A program made the position numbers and the translations under genes. From Alphaproteobacteria bacterium UBA1254 (lineage in GTDB: Bacteria; Pseudomonadota; Alphaproteobacteria; RF32; CAG-239): a DNA stretch of 64,000 nt. Below, in pieces: positions 1 to 10,800 of this stretch (positions are counted from its first letter, which is position 1; every line of letters starts with the position of its first letter). The DNA is taken from contig DBVW01000021.1 in NCBI GenBank assembly GCA_002308495.1, forward strand, positions 11,338 to 75,337. Reading direction: 5' to 3'. The notes beneath the pieces are model-generated. The model did not search any database. It was given only the letters and a program-made list of their open reading frames with translations, and was not told the DNA's origin.

Positions 1-3000
1 TAACTTCGCCGACGACCTTGCCTTTCATATCTTTCACGAGCTTATCGCTTGTTGCTCTGCCGATAATATTTCCCTTTTGATTAATGACAACGCCCTGCGC
101 ATTGACATATCCCAAATATGCTCCGTTATAGCCGATTGCCGGACCTTGCTTAACCACACTGCCTGCATATTTGCCGGTCAAATCGAAGAAACGGCCCAAT
201 GTATCAATCCGTCCCAAATCTTCACCGAAACGTGTAACAACTCTGCCGTCAAAGTCAACAAAACCTTTCGTTTCGCCCTTATCATCAACAACCGCTCCTT
301 GCGGCAAAAAGCGTGCGACATTGCCTTCATAGAAACTCAATCCGTCGCCATGCATTCTTTCATATACCGCACCGTTATCTCTATAAACAATTCCGTCTGC
401 GAACAAATGTCCTATTGTTGCCCCGTCAGAATTAATCAACACATTTCTTTCCGGCAAAACGACACCGATAATTTTGTTTTGTTTATCGGCAATATACCGA
501 TGCAACAAGATTCTGGCTCCCGGATATTTCGGCAAATTAAGCTTTCCTTGGCTATCCAGCAAACCGAGCAATTTACCATTCAAATCGAAAGCATAATAAC
601 CTCTGCTCAAACGCCCGATATATGAACCGTTGTTGGCATAAACATCACCGTTCAAGTCCGTGCAACCTATCTTTGAAAGCAATCCCGAAACAACTTTGCC
701 GCTTGCGCTTAAATAACCGATAACCGTTCCTGAAGCATTAATAACATTTTTATATTGTGCCACAAGCCCGACAACCTCGCCGTTATCATTCAACACACGA
801 CCGTCAGGATTAACACATCCCACATATTTCTTGCGTGCATTATAAACCAAACCGCCGTCATCAACATCACCGATTTCTTCGCAGCGATCATTCAAAACCT
901 TACCTCTTTGAATAACAGAGCCCAAGAAATGCCCGCTTTCATTATAAATGCCGCCGTCCGGATAAATTTTAAAATTCTTCGCCAAATTACCGTTAACGAT
1001 AATGCCTTTATTATCTAAAATACCCACTCTTGAACAGCCCCAACCGACAACAAGACCGCCTTCAATGCCTTTTGCAATAATTTTAGAACCGTTCAAATCG
1101 CGAACCAACCCGTTCGGCAAAACGCGCCCGAAAGCATTACCTCTTTCATCAACAACTTCACCGTTTGATGAAATTTCACCCAAAATCGTACCTGCCGGCG
1201 TCACAACAATTAAATCCGTCCTAACGACCGAACCGACCTTAAGCATTTCATCAATAACCAAATTACCGTTTTCATCAACTTTCCCGACAACTTTTCCCTC
1301 AGCATTAACGATTTCACCGTTTTTATTCACAAAACCGATAATTTGTCCTGTCTCATCCGTCACAAAATTCAACACTTCGCCGACACGCCCGATAACGTTG
1401 CCGTCCAAATCCACGACCGTTCCGTCCGCAAGCACGCGCCCGATTAAATTGCCGGCAAAGTCATAAACATTACCGTCTTCATCTGCATAACCGATAACAT
1501 TGCCGTCGGCATCATAAACTGACCTCAGCTTTTTAACATTCTGCGTTCCCGTCCGTCCGATTAAATTACCGTCCGCATCAACAGCCGTTCCGTCTTTTTG
1601 AAGATGCCCGATAAGCGTCTGTTTAAAATCACGCACTTTTGAATCTTTTGTCGCAAAGCCGATAACATTACCGTCATTGTCATAAATAACCTCTTTCGGC
1701 GCCTGTCCGACCAGCTGATCATTTTCATCAACAATGCCGTCATCAATTTTCTGACCGATTTTAACGCCCGAAAAATCAATAACATTCTCGTCTTCATCAA
1801 CCATACCGATAATATCGCCCTTGCCGTTATAAGCAACTTCTTTAACAGCCCTGCCGATAATATCACCGTTGCTGTTGCGAACTGTTCCGTCCGCACCGAC
1901 CTCACCGATAATATTGCCGTCCAAACCGACAACTTTACCGTCTTCGTTCACAAAACCGATTAACTTGCCGTTCTCATCAAAAACCGCTTCTTTCGGCGCA
2001 ATACCGACCAAATTTCCGTCTTTGTTAAAGATACCGTCTTCAATTTTATTACCGATTTTTCTTCCTTCAAAATCAATCACATTTCCGTTTTCATCAACAC
2101 GCGCAAAAACATTTCCTCTTTCGTCATAGGCAACTTCTTTAGCAACAACACCGATCTTATCTCCTTGCTTATCAACAGCGGTACCATCCGCAAGCACATC
2201 ACCGATTTCGTTGCCTGAAAAATCAACAACTTTACCGTCATCGACCAAAGCCACCATACGTCCTTTATCGTCAAACACGCCCTCTCTCAGCGCCGTTCCG
2301 ATAATTCGACCGTCTTTATCAACAACAGAGCCGTCCGACAAAACGCTGCCGATAATATTACCGTTCATATCCACAACATTGCCGTTTTCATCTACGGTTC
2401 CGATTGCTTTTCCGTCCATATCATAAGCCATTCTATCGGTAATTTTTCCTAAAACTCTCCCGTCTTCGCTGACAGCTAAAGGCACATCAGATTTCTGACC
2501 GATAACATTCCCGTCAAAATCTATCAGCTGCCCTTTATCATTCATCACACCGATAGCTTCACCGTTGAGCCCGTAAGCCATATTTTCGGTTGTTTCACCG
2601 ATCATTTTGCCGCTTTCGTCAAAAACAGCCTCGCCAATCATACGACCTAAATTCTGACCTTTTAAATCAATGGCTCTTCCGTTATTATCAATAAAACCGA
2701 TAACTTTGCCATTAGAATCATAAATAGCCCGATCTCCGGTTCGCCCGATAGCCTCGCCTGACATATTCAAAACGGTTCCGTCTTCGCTGACCATACCAAT
2801 CACATTACCGTTTTCATCTACCACTTTACCGTCTTCATCTGCATAACCGATAACATTTCCTTCGGCGTCATAAACTTTTTTCTTATTATTTCCTATTGAA
2901 CCGACAACACGATGATTAACCTTAAAGACATCACCGTTTGATGAAACTTCACCCACAATATTACCGTTTTCATCAATAATTGAATTATCAGGCAAAACAA

Positions 3001-4167
3001 CGCCCAACGCATTACCTTCGTCATCAATAACCGTCTTACCCGTTTGGCTGATACCGCCGAGTTTCTGACCGTTCAAATCAACCGCATCACCGTTTGCGTT
3101 TAAGCGTCCGACAACATTTCCGTCATCATCAACAACCGTTCCGTCATCCATCACTTGTCCGACAATATTGCCTTTGTTATCATAGACCAAACCGGCATCG
3201 ACACCCCGTCCGATAATATTGCCGTTCAAATCCATAACCGTTCCGTCAGACAATCGTTTACCGATAACCTCGCCTTGCATATTAAAGGCTGTTCCGTCCG
3301 TTCCGACATATCCGATCACTTTACCGTTATCATCAAATATTAACTGCTTATTGCCGCCGACACCGATAATATTACCGTCATTATCTATAATCAGCCCGTC
3401 GCTGTTCATTCTGCCGATAAGCTGTCCTGCATGATTATAAACATAACCGTCCGCATCAATATAGCCGATTTCCTCTCCGTTCGGACCATAAGCAATCTGC
3501 CTTTTGTTTGAACCTGTTTCATCAAGCCCGCTCAAAGCACTGCTTGGCGTTTGTTCACAAAAATTACAATCTTCTTTTGTAACGGCATTTCCGTCAACAG
3601 GCACTTTTTGAGCTTTTGCATTTTGCGCACTTAAATTCGTTTCATGCCACGAAACAATAAAGTTATTCTGCACATTCCCGGCTTCGACAGGCGACCAGCT
3701 CATCACAACATTACACGTCTGGTTGCCTCTGAGCTCAACACTTGTACAGTTGTCCTGATAAACAAATCCGTCAAAGGGCGGTTCCGCTAATTTAACGGAA
3801 ACAATCCTGATAGATGACTTTCCGTTTGTTCCGATTGTCAAAACATTTTTGGCTTCCGTACCCAAGACAACCTGTCCCATATTAACGGGGTTCGGCGTTG
3901 TCGTAATCGGAAGCTCTTTTGTTTCAACGGCATCAAATTCAATGTCGCTTCCCAAAAGCCCCGATGTTCCGTCATCTTCATTTAAAACATCATCATCGGC
4001 AGTAAAGACAGGTTCTTGATAATCATCATTCGGCGCCTTGCTTGAGAAAAGCAAAATCAAACCAAACAAAAACGCAACAAACGAAACAAGACCGATAATC
4101 AAAATGATACGGTTTGTTTTGCGAACATAACGTTCCGAATGTGTTAATTGTAACTGTTCTTTACTCA
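1..4167 (-). CDS. Giant repeat protein, 5'-complete and 3'-truncated at the window edge (>1389 aa). N-terminal TM helix, then about 100 degenerate ~10-residue tandem repeats (D-x-D/N-G-N-V/I-I-G-x-V). Candidate CagY/DotG-like VirB10-family T4SS component.
   Basis: Hand translation of the reverse strand is open from the ATG at 4167-4165 (RBS GAGAAGAAGG upstream) down to position 1. A hydrophobic segment IILIIGLVSFVAFLFGLILLF follows ~20 aa after the start. The periodic DG-N-V-IG motif recurs throughout. The + strand ORFs in the track across 77-3434 are antisense shadows. The gene sits immediately downstream of the VirB9-like gene in the same operon. Confidence 0.7.
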
Positions 4168-4181
4168 TAAGCCTTCTTCTC

Positions 4182-5816
4182 TTACTGAATTCTGATTACG
4201 CTGCAGAAAACGCCGTTTCGTCCGAGCTCGCTGCAAATCTGATCACCTTCGCTGATTGACGGAACCGGACCAATTCTCAAGTGGAAAAGCTCTTTACCCT
4301 GACCGTCTGCGGGGGCATCAACCGAATAGAACGGCTGATAACCTCTCAAACTGTCATCATAGCGCTTCGAAAGATCTGCCCAAAGGTGTTCCAAATTTGA
4401 AACATTCGCATCTGTCCCGAGTTCGACGGAAATGCTGGCGTTATCATCATTTGTAAAACCGGCACCGTATTTATAACCCGAAGGCAAATCAGAAAACGAA
4501 ATCTCGCCGGGTTGCAGTTTATACATTGTTTTGTATTCGACCTGATCGCCGCCCGCAGAAGCAGCCCCTCCGTTTTGAAGCGCATATTCCGGAACAAGTA
4601 ATTCACCGTTTTCACCGACGCTTATCTGATATCCGTCCGTATTGTTGCTCGGTTCTCCCGAAGTCTGCCATACATTTTCAATTTCACCGTTATCCGCGCC
4701 ACCCGTAAGATCAAATCCTTGAACTTCCGAATTTCCGTTTGAACCGCCTTTTGATGAAGGAAGCGGAGCGGGAACATCCCAATCGTTTGTATCCGCAACA
4801 ATATTATAAATACCGCTGTCATCTGCTCTGCGAAGCTTCAAACAAACAATACGTTTACCGTTTCGAAGAACCATATCGCCGACACCCTCAACAACAATCA
4901 ATCTGTTGTTCGGACCTTTTGCTCTGAATCCGACAGGTGTTTCAACACGCTCCACAATCAGCGTAACAATCGGACGCTGAACCATATTCAAAGCTTTTTC
5001 ACCCAAATCGATATAAGTGAAAATATCATCACGCCAAACTCTTTCCGGCGCAATAACCACATCATCCGGATTAGGCACATAAACTTCTATATCAAACTTA
5101 AATTTTGAGGGATCAAGCGGAATACTCTGAATCCAATCTTCTTTCTGATAACGGCGCGTAAAAGTAGAATCAACCGATTTATTACTTCCGCCGTAATCGC
5201 TTGCGTTCAATCGACCCCCGAGGCTGCCACCGCTGCCGCTACCTCCGGCTGATGTTTTTTTTTGCCCGTCGACAACTTCAATATCAATAACCGAGTTTGT
5301 TAAACGCTCGGTATTAACACCTTCGCTTCTGACATAAAAAACATATTTATTGCCCGAACGGCCGAAAACCATAACGTTTGTATCCACACCAACCGTTGTT
5401 GAACCCGGTCTCGGATAAAGCAACAACGTATTCGGTCCTGTGATTTCGCCGTTAAAAGTGCTTTCATCGCCGATATAAACATTTTCCAAAAGTTCCCATT
5501 CCGGAAAATTAATCAAAGTCAACATACCTGTTCTCAATCTGACCGGCAAAACCAAATCCGGCGACCAATAATATTTGGAATAAGCAGGTTTTGTCTGTCC
5601 TTCACCGAGATTTTGCAATGGATCGAGCCACGCACTTTGCATCATACCGAGCGATCCCATACCGGCATAATCCAAATTCATCGGCTGATAATTGCCTTGC
5701 GATTGGTTTGCGTTTTGATCCAAACTGTTCATTGTTGCCTGAGCATGAGCAACACTTGCCGAACCCAACAAACCTAAAACAAATAACACTTTTAACAAAA
5801 TATGTTTCATTTGCAT
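4182..5816 (-). CDS. virB9: VirB9/CagX/TrbG-like T4SS outer-membrane core protein (544 aa) with cleavable signal peptide and a ~190-aa C-terminal extension.
   Basis: N-terminal signal MQMKHILLKVLFVLGLLGSASVAHAQ. The central region (PIVTLIVERVETPVGFR...RLIVVEGVGDMVLRNGKRIVCLKL) resembles the VirB9 C-terminal beta-domain. Position between VirB8-like and VirB10-candidate genes. Gly/Ser-rich linker. Confidence 0.55.
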   Translation of the reverse strand: MQMKHILLKVLFVLGLLGSASVAHAQATMNSLDQNANQSQGNYQPMNLDYAGMGSLGMMQSAWLDPLQNLGEGQTKPAYSKYYWSPDLVLPVRLRTGMLTLINFPEWELLENVYIGDESTFNGEITGPNTLLLYPRPGSTTVGVDTNVMVFGRSGNKYVFYVRSEGVNTERLTNSVIDIEVVDGQKKTSAGGSGSGGSLGGRLNASDYGGSNKSVDSTFTRRYQKEDWIQSIPLDPSKFKFDIEVYVPNPDDVVIAPERVWRDDIFTYIDLGEKALNMVQRPIVTLIVERVETPVGFRAKGPNNRLIVVEGVGDMVLRNGKRIVCLKLRRADDSGIYNIVADTNDWDVPAPLPSSKGGSNGNSEVQGFDLTGGADNGEIENVWQTSGEPSNNTDGYQISVGENGELLVPEYALQNGGAASAGGDQVEYKTMYKLQPGEISFSDLPSGYKYGAGFTNDDNASISVELGTDANVSNLEHLWADLSKRYDDSLRGYQPFYSVDAPADGQGKELFHLRIGPVPSISEGDQICSELGRNGVFCSVIRIQ

Positions 5817-5825
5817 TTTCCTTTT

Positions 5826-6563
5826 CTATTCGGTTTTATTATGTGAAAGCGAATAACTCGTTACGGTAAATCCGATCGGATTATTCAATCTTTCGCCATA
5901 TTTAACCGTTTTCTTACGATACGCAATCTTTAACGATGCTGTCCAATAATCGACCTGCGGCGCTGTTGAATCGGGATACATATCTCTTGTTTCATATTCC
6001 ACCTGCCACAAGCCACGGCTCAATTCATTGACCGTCATCACTCTGACAACCCTGACCAAGCCTTTTGTTCTAATAATCTCAAGAGCACGCTTTGCTGTCT
6101 TATCAATAAACGATTGATAAACTGCCGGCGACGACATTTCCTGAAGCATACTGCCCGGCATCCATCGCGCCTCCATTTCTCTGGCATCATTCACAAACGC
6201 GCTTCTAAGAAGCACATATTCGCGAACAAAAACTTCCGTAACCGTTTTTTGATCAACCATATTACCGAGCGGCATAATATCATAAACCTGCTCTTCTTTA
6301 TTTTCAAAAGTAAGCAGAAACGGTTCAATGCGATAAAGCGGCACAAGTTGCGCAATAGCCAAAACCAAAACCAAATTACAGCAAATACTGATTGCTACAA
6401 TTACGGCAAAAGCGCGTGCCGTCCATAAATAACGTTTTTCCGAAGCATTAACGACAACAACCTCTTCACCGGAAGCCGAGCGGTTCGGCCGGCGTTGAGG
6501 TGCACTCGGCCGTTTGCCGATGAGCTTCTGCTGAACATTATTAACGCCTAACTTATCTGCCAT
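5826..6563 (-). CDS. virB8: VirB8-like T4SS inner-membrane protein (245 aa), copy 1.
   Basis: Cytoplasmic N-terminus, a single TM (FAVIVAISICCNLVLVLAIAQL) followed by the LVPLYRIEPFLL motif typical of VirB8, and an NTF2-like periplasmic part. Paralogous to 7109-7873. Confidence 0.65.
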   Translation of the reverse strand: MADKLGVNNVQQKLIGKRPSAPQRRPNRSASGEEVVVVNASEKRYLWTARAFAVIVAISICCNLVLVLAIAQLVPLYRIEPFLLTFENKEEQVYDIMPLGNMVDQKTVTEVFVREYVLLRSAFVNDAREMEARWMPGSMLQEMSSPAVYQSFIDKTAKRALEIIRTKGLVRVVRVMTVNELSRGLWQVEYETRDMYPDSTAPQVDYWTASLKIAYRKKTVKYGERLNNPIGFTVTSYSLSHNKTE

Positions 6564-6573
6564 TTAATTTTCC

Positions 6574-6771
6574 TTATATTGATGCCACAAACCAATCCGG
6601 CAGAGTTTTATCAAGCTCTACCTGAATACAAGCACAAGGCGAAAGCTTTAGTTCGTTAACATCTTTACCAACGCCGACCGGTTCCGGTTCATAATATGAC
6701 CCGCAAGCCGAAACGAGCAAAACAGCAAAAAGCAAAATTATTTTCTTACACATTGCAATGTCCTTCTTCAT
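6574..6771 (-). CDS. Small lipoprotein, VirB7-like by size and position (probable start at internal Met, 6753).
   Basis: MCKKIILLFAVLLVSAC lipobox (LVSAC). About 55-60 aa mature length. Located between the two VirB8 paralogs and just upstream of VirB9, as virB7 is in VirB/Cag-type loci. Confidence 0.45.
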   Translation of the reverse strand: MKKDIAMCKKIILLFAVLLVSACGSYYEPEPVGVGKDVNELKLSPCACIQVELDKTLPDWFVASI

Positions 6772-6850
6772 ATCAAGACCTATTCATGTTATACTCATTA
6801 TTTTAAAAAGTCTAACATGAACACACTCAAATCCCCAACTTATCAAAAAA

Positions 6851-7105
6851 TTGGAAACCCGTTATAGTCTAACATAATCTTAAAATATTAACATATATTA
6901 AATAAAACAAAAAAGAACACAAATTAGAAAATGAATTTTGTTTATTGGTCGTTCCTGTTCCGAACAGCCCGCCACATAAGCTAAAAAAATGCGGAGAACA
7001 GTGCAGATAGAGTGAAAATAAAGGCGGAAGTACCGGAGCGTACAAAAACATACGTGAGGACACTTCCGACCTGCTATTTTTGCTCTAGATACGCTGTTAT
7101 ACGCA
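6851..7105. repeat. Intergenic palindromic repeat element, copy A. Core ~110 bp at 6985-7105, bounded by CCGTTATAG at 6851-6859 and CTGTTATAC at 7092-7100. Resembles Rickettsia palindromic elements (RPE) or a MITE.
   Basis: Near-identical core to 47095-47205 (gtgcagatagagtgaaaataaaggcggaagtaccg.agcgtacaaaaa..tacgtgaggacacttccgacctg.tatttttgctctagat). Internal inverted repeats ggaagt/acttcc and gtac..gtac. The ORFs 6869-7122 and 47045-47230 in the track are translations of this repeat. Confidence 0.75.
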
Positions 7106-7108
7106 TTT

Positions 7109-7873
7109 TTACAGGATTTCAACTTCGGTTTGCGAATACCTTGTTACAGTAAATCCGAGCGGATTCATTAAACGCCTTCCCATAAAGAGACGTTCGGGCA
7201 CAAAAAAGGCGGTAACGGAAGCTGTCCAATAACGTGTTTTCAAAACCCAGCGTCCGTTTTCCTGCATTGAACCGCGCGACAAATCGTATGTTCTGAAATC
7301 GACTTTCCAAACGGGGCTTTTCTCGCCGCCGACTTTACCGATTGAAATAATTTCCGTATCGCGAACAAGACCGTCCCGAAGAAAATCGTTCAAATGGTCC
7401 ACCGTTTCTTTTTTAAATTTGATAAAAACATTCGGAGCAGACATATAGTTCACAATACCGCCTGCAAACCAGCGTGTCTGCATTTCCTGCTCATCATTTA
7501 AAATCGTATTGCGCATCATCACATATTGTCTGACAAACGTTTCCATCATCTGTTTTGACGAAGCCATATCCGGCGCAATAACCTCATAGCGAACCATTGA
7601 TTCCGAATTATCTTGTTTAATAATCAAAAAAGGCTCAACCGTAACCTGCGGCGCCATCCGAAAAAGAACAAGACTGGCAGAGGCAAAAAACAAAAGCGAA
7701 ATCATACAAAAGAGCATAATAAGTCTTGAAACCCATTGATAATAGGCTTCCTTCAAGCTCTTTAAGCCGATTTCTTCATCTGTGAGATATCTCTGACCTT
7801 CTTTCAAAGGCTTCGCTATCGCAAGTTTTTTCTGCCCGTTTCCTAAAACATCTGCCATCTGTCTTGTTTCCAA
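7109..7873 (-). CDS. virB8: VirB8-like T4SS inner-membrane protein (254 aa), copy 2.
   Basis: Same architecture as 5826-6563: TM MLFCMISLLFFASASLVLF, then APQVTVEPFLII (VirB8 motif), and a C-terminal TRYWTASVTAFFVPER stretch paralleling DYWTASLKIAYRKK in copy 1. Confidence 0.6.
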   Translation of the reverse strand: METRQMADVLGNGQKKLAIAKPLKEGQRYLTDEEIGLKSLKEAYYQWVSRLIMLFCMISLLFFASASLVLFRMAPQVTVEPFLIIKQDNSESMVRYEVIAPDMASSKQMMETFVRQYVMMRNTILNDEQEMQTRWFAGGIVNYMSAPNVFIKFKKETVDHLNDFLRDGLVRDTEIISIGKVGGEKSPVWKVDFRTYDLSRGSMQENGRWVLKTRYWTASVTAFFVPERLFMGRRLMNPLGFTVTRYSQTEVEIL

Positions 7874-7876
7874 ACC

Positions 7877-10800
7877 TTAAAAATATTTTGCACGATAAGG
7901 AACTGCCATCTTCTTTTTATTGTTCTCAAATTCTTTTTGAGCCTCAGCTTCATATTTAGCGACAACATCCTTATCTGCTTTTTTCGTTTTTATTTTGTCT
8001 TCAACTTCCTGTTTTGTTAAATTATCCGAAATCAAAACAAGCTCATCAAAATCTGTCTGCAAAATATCCAGCAAATTCTCAATCTTTTTCTTTCTGTTGA
8101 TTAAGTTTGTATATTCCGGAGCTTCTTCAACAGGTTTGAATTCCGGAAGCTGTTTCAGCAAATTCTGAGCTTCAGATAAAAACATATTCTTTCCGTCATC
8201 CAAACATTTTGCAATAGACTCAAACGTTTCCTTGTCAGCAATATATTCTGCCGAAACAATCTTTGTTTTTGCTTCTCCATACGTGATATATCCTGTTTCT
8301 TTCGGCTTATACGAACAGTCTATCTTGGCTAAAACGTCTTCTATTGACCGACGCCCTTCGTCAACCTTAACTTTAAGCTTAGCCATTGAAAGCTGATACG
8401 TCCGCTCTTGGTCCACAAACTGCAGATAATCGCCGATTTGGTCGCGTCCGAGCATCTTCAGTTCGTTTTCTTTATATTCATCTTCTTTAATCTTTTTCTT
8501 TGATGCTTCATCTTCAGCCGCATGGAAATAACAAATCAATTCGAAAAGCGGATTTGTAAACGTCAAGCCCCCTTCATATTTTAAGAAAACAGACATCTCA
8601 CTGACATAACTGGCAAGCCCGCCGCCTTCACCTTTATCTTCTAAAAAGACTCGGCTCGCATCATCAACATTATTCTGGTTCAAAATATCAACAATATCAA
8701 CATCTCTGTCAATGAACCCGTCCGGTTTCAAAATCGTCTCCCAAATTGCCGGCATATCTTGCCCCGTCTCTAAAAATTCATGACGGGTTGTTTTTGCAAG
8801 GCTCTTAACTTTTCCTTTTTTAGAACACTTACCACCTGTTGTCAAAAGGTTGCCGTAATCGCCATAATCAAAGTGGAAAACCTCTCTGAGCGGCGCAGTT
8901 CTTTTCGGTGTAATCATTTTCGGAACGGTAAAGTCGCGAGCCCGACCTTTAAGGCTGACAAAATAATCTTTATCTTCCTGTTTACATATAGCCCCCTCGC
9001 AATCTGATTTAAAGATAATCTTATATAACATTTCGGGAGCCTTGCTGATAATGGAAGCATTACTGATAACAAGGTCATCAACCTTAGAAATCGCCGGCAT
9101 AAACGCAACCTTAATCAGATTGTCAAGCATAGCGATATGAATGTTTTTAATCTGTCCGAATTTATCGGGATCATATAAGCCGTAACCCATACCTAAAAGC
9201 CCCTGATAAGCGTTCTGGATCGTCTTAACGCCGGCTTCTCTGAATATGTTCACCATATTTTTACCCTCGCCGAATGCGAACATAAGCGTCGCATGACCCG
9301 GGACAGGCTCAAATGAAATAGCCGAAGCCGATCTGTTTTCAAGCGCTATTTTCATTGTCAATATATGCGCATTTTCCATTTCAACGGCTTCTGCAATATA
9401 ATCTTCTCGAGCATCTTCAATTTTTTGATCGAGGGCAACAACCTGTTTTCTTAAATCGTCAATAGTGTCTTGCAGTTCTTCAACCCCTTCAAGAGCCTTT
9501 TTAAGCGCTGCCTCAACCTTTTCTAATTCCTGTTCTTTCTTACTGATAATATTTTCTGCTTTTTCCTGCATACCGCTCTCATAAGACATTCCGGGATATT
9601 CGTTTTTCTTCGCTTTAGCCAAATCTCTTGACTGTTTTTGCATTTCAATAGAAGATTCGAGTGATTTCTTTTGATCTGCTAAACGGTTATATTCCGCTTT
9701 TTTCGCATCAAGCTTAATTGTCTCATCTTCAATCTCTTCGTTAACGGTTACCTTTTGCTTTTCAAGAGCTGCGATGTTTGCCTTAAAAGAGCTGATCAGA
9801 TTTGCCATCTCTTTATCTTGCGTTTCTTTCAAATCCCGAAGCGAAGAATCTTTCTCCATGGCTTCCAATTTAGCAGCGAATTTCTTTGCCGCATCGGCAA
9901 TTTTGCCTCTGTTTTCCGCTTTAATATTCGCCAGTTTTTCATTAAACTCTTGGCTGACTTTGTTATAAGTCGCTTCTTTAATATTCGGATATATTTGTGC
10001 TCTGTAAGCCTCTATTTTAGCATATCTGTATGGATCATCCGCTGCCAAACTCGCTGCGTATGCCGCAACTTTGCTGTTAACGGCAGACTTTGTTTCCGAC
10101 TCAACCTTTTTTTGAAGCTTTTCTTCATCAATTGTCATTGCTTCGTTCATTTCGCCTGCAATAGCAGCAATTGCCTCTTCAAGAACGCCCGATTCGAAAT
10201 AAATCATCATATTTCTGTATTTTTCTCTTAAATACTGATCGTAGAAATGTCTTTCATCATTCCAAACCTTATATTTCACTTTAGCAAAGCCGAATTTTTT
10301 GCCGCCGCTTTGCATATCTTCGCCGATTTCAATTGATTTTTGGCGTCCGATTTGCCAACGGTTCAAATTCTGCTCGCGCGTTCCGCCTTCGGCCTCAGCC
10401 TCGTTTGACGGCTTTGAAAGCGTATCGGAATCTTTTACATAATTCTTAACATCAGGGTCTGAATCCATATCAGGCGTTTCCGTGCTTTGGTCCATATTAA
10501 CTTCTGTTTTGCCCATCACCTTGTCATACTTGTCCACCGCGGCATCAGGGTCGCTTGTATCCACACTTTCAAGATCCATAACCTTCTTGGCTTTTGCAAG
10601 CTGATATTCGCGAATGCTTTCTCCCGAAAGAGAATCAATCGGTTTTTTCTCATACGCCGTCACATCAAAAGAGCCGCTCGGGCAAGTAATGTAATGATAC
10701 ACATAATCATCATACTCATTTTTATTATTGCAACCCATTATTTTCTGACACATATAGCCTATTTGATTACCTCCCAACCTGCAGCTATCTCCAAACCAAA

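Noticed and set aside
77..3434. Series of + strand ORFs in the track (182, 87, 154, 86, 71 aa, etc.) with Pro/Ser/Thr-rich or low-complexity translations.
   Set aside because: They lie antisense to the continuous minus-strand repeat-protein frame (1-4167). Their odd composition is what a periodic repeat gives on the wrong strand, so they are shadow ORFs.
6869..7122. Two overlapping minus-strand ORFs (64 and 74 aa), and the similar ORF at 47045-47230, sharing the peptide SRAKI.GRKCPHV.FCTLRYFRLYFHSICT.
   Set aside because: The shared peptide results from translating the same palindromic repeat element at two loci. There is no RBS, and they overlap a structured non-coding repeat, so they are not genes.
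9755..10231. Antisense ORFs inside large genes (e.g. 158 aa at 9755-10231, 168 aa at 16632-17138, 207 aa at 48701-49324).
   Set aside because: They lie opposite well-supported long CDSs (the 1368-aa protein, virB4, ftsK), have Arg/Phe/Ile-rich junk composition and no RBS.
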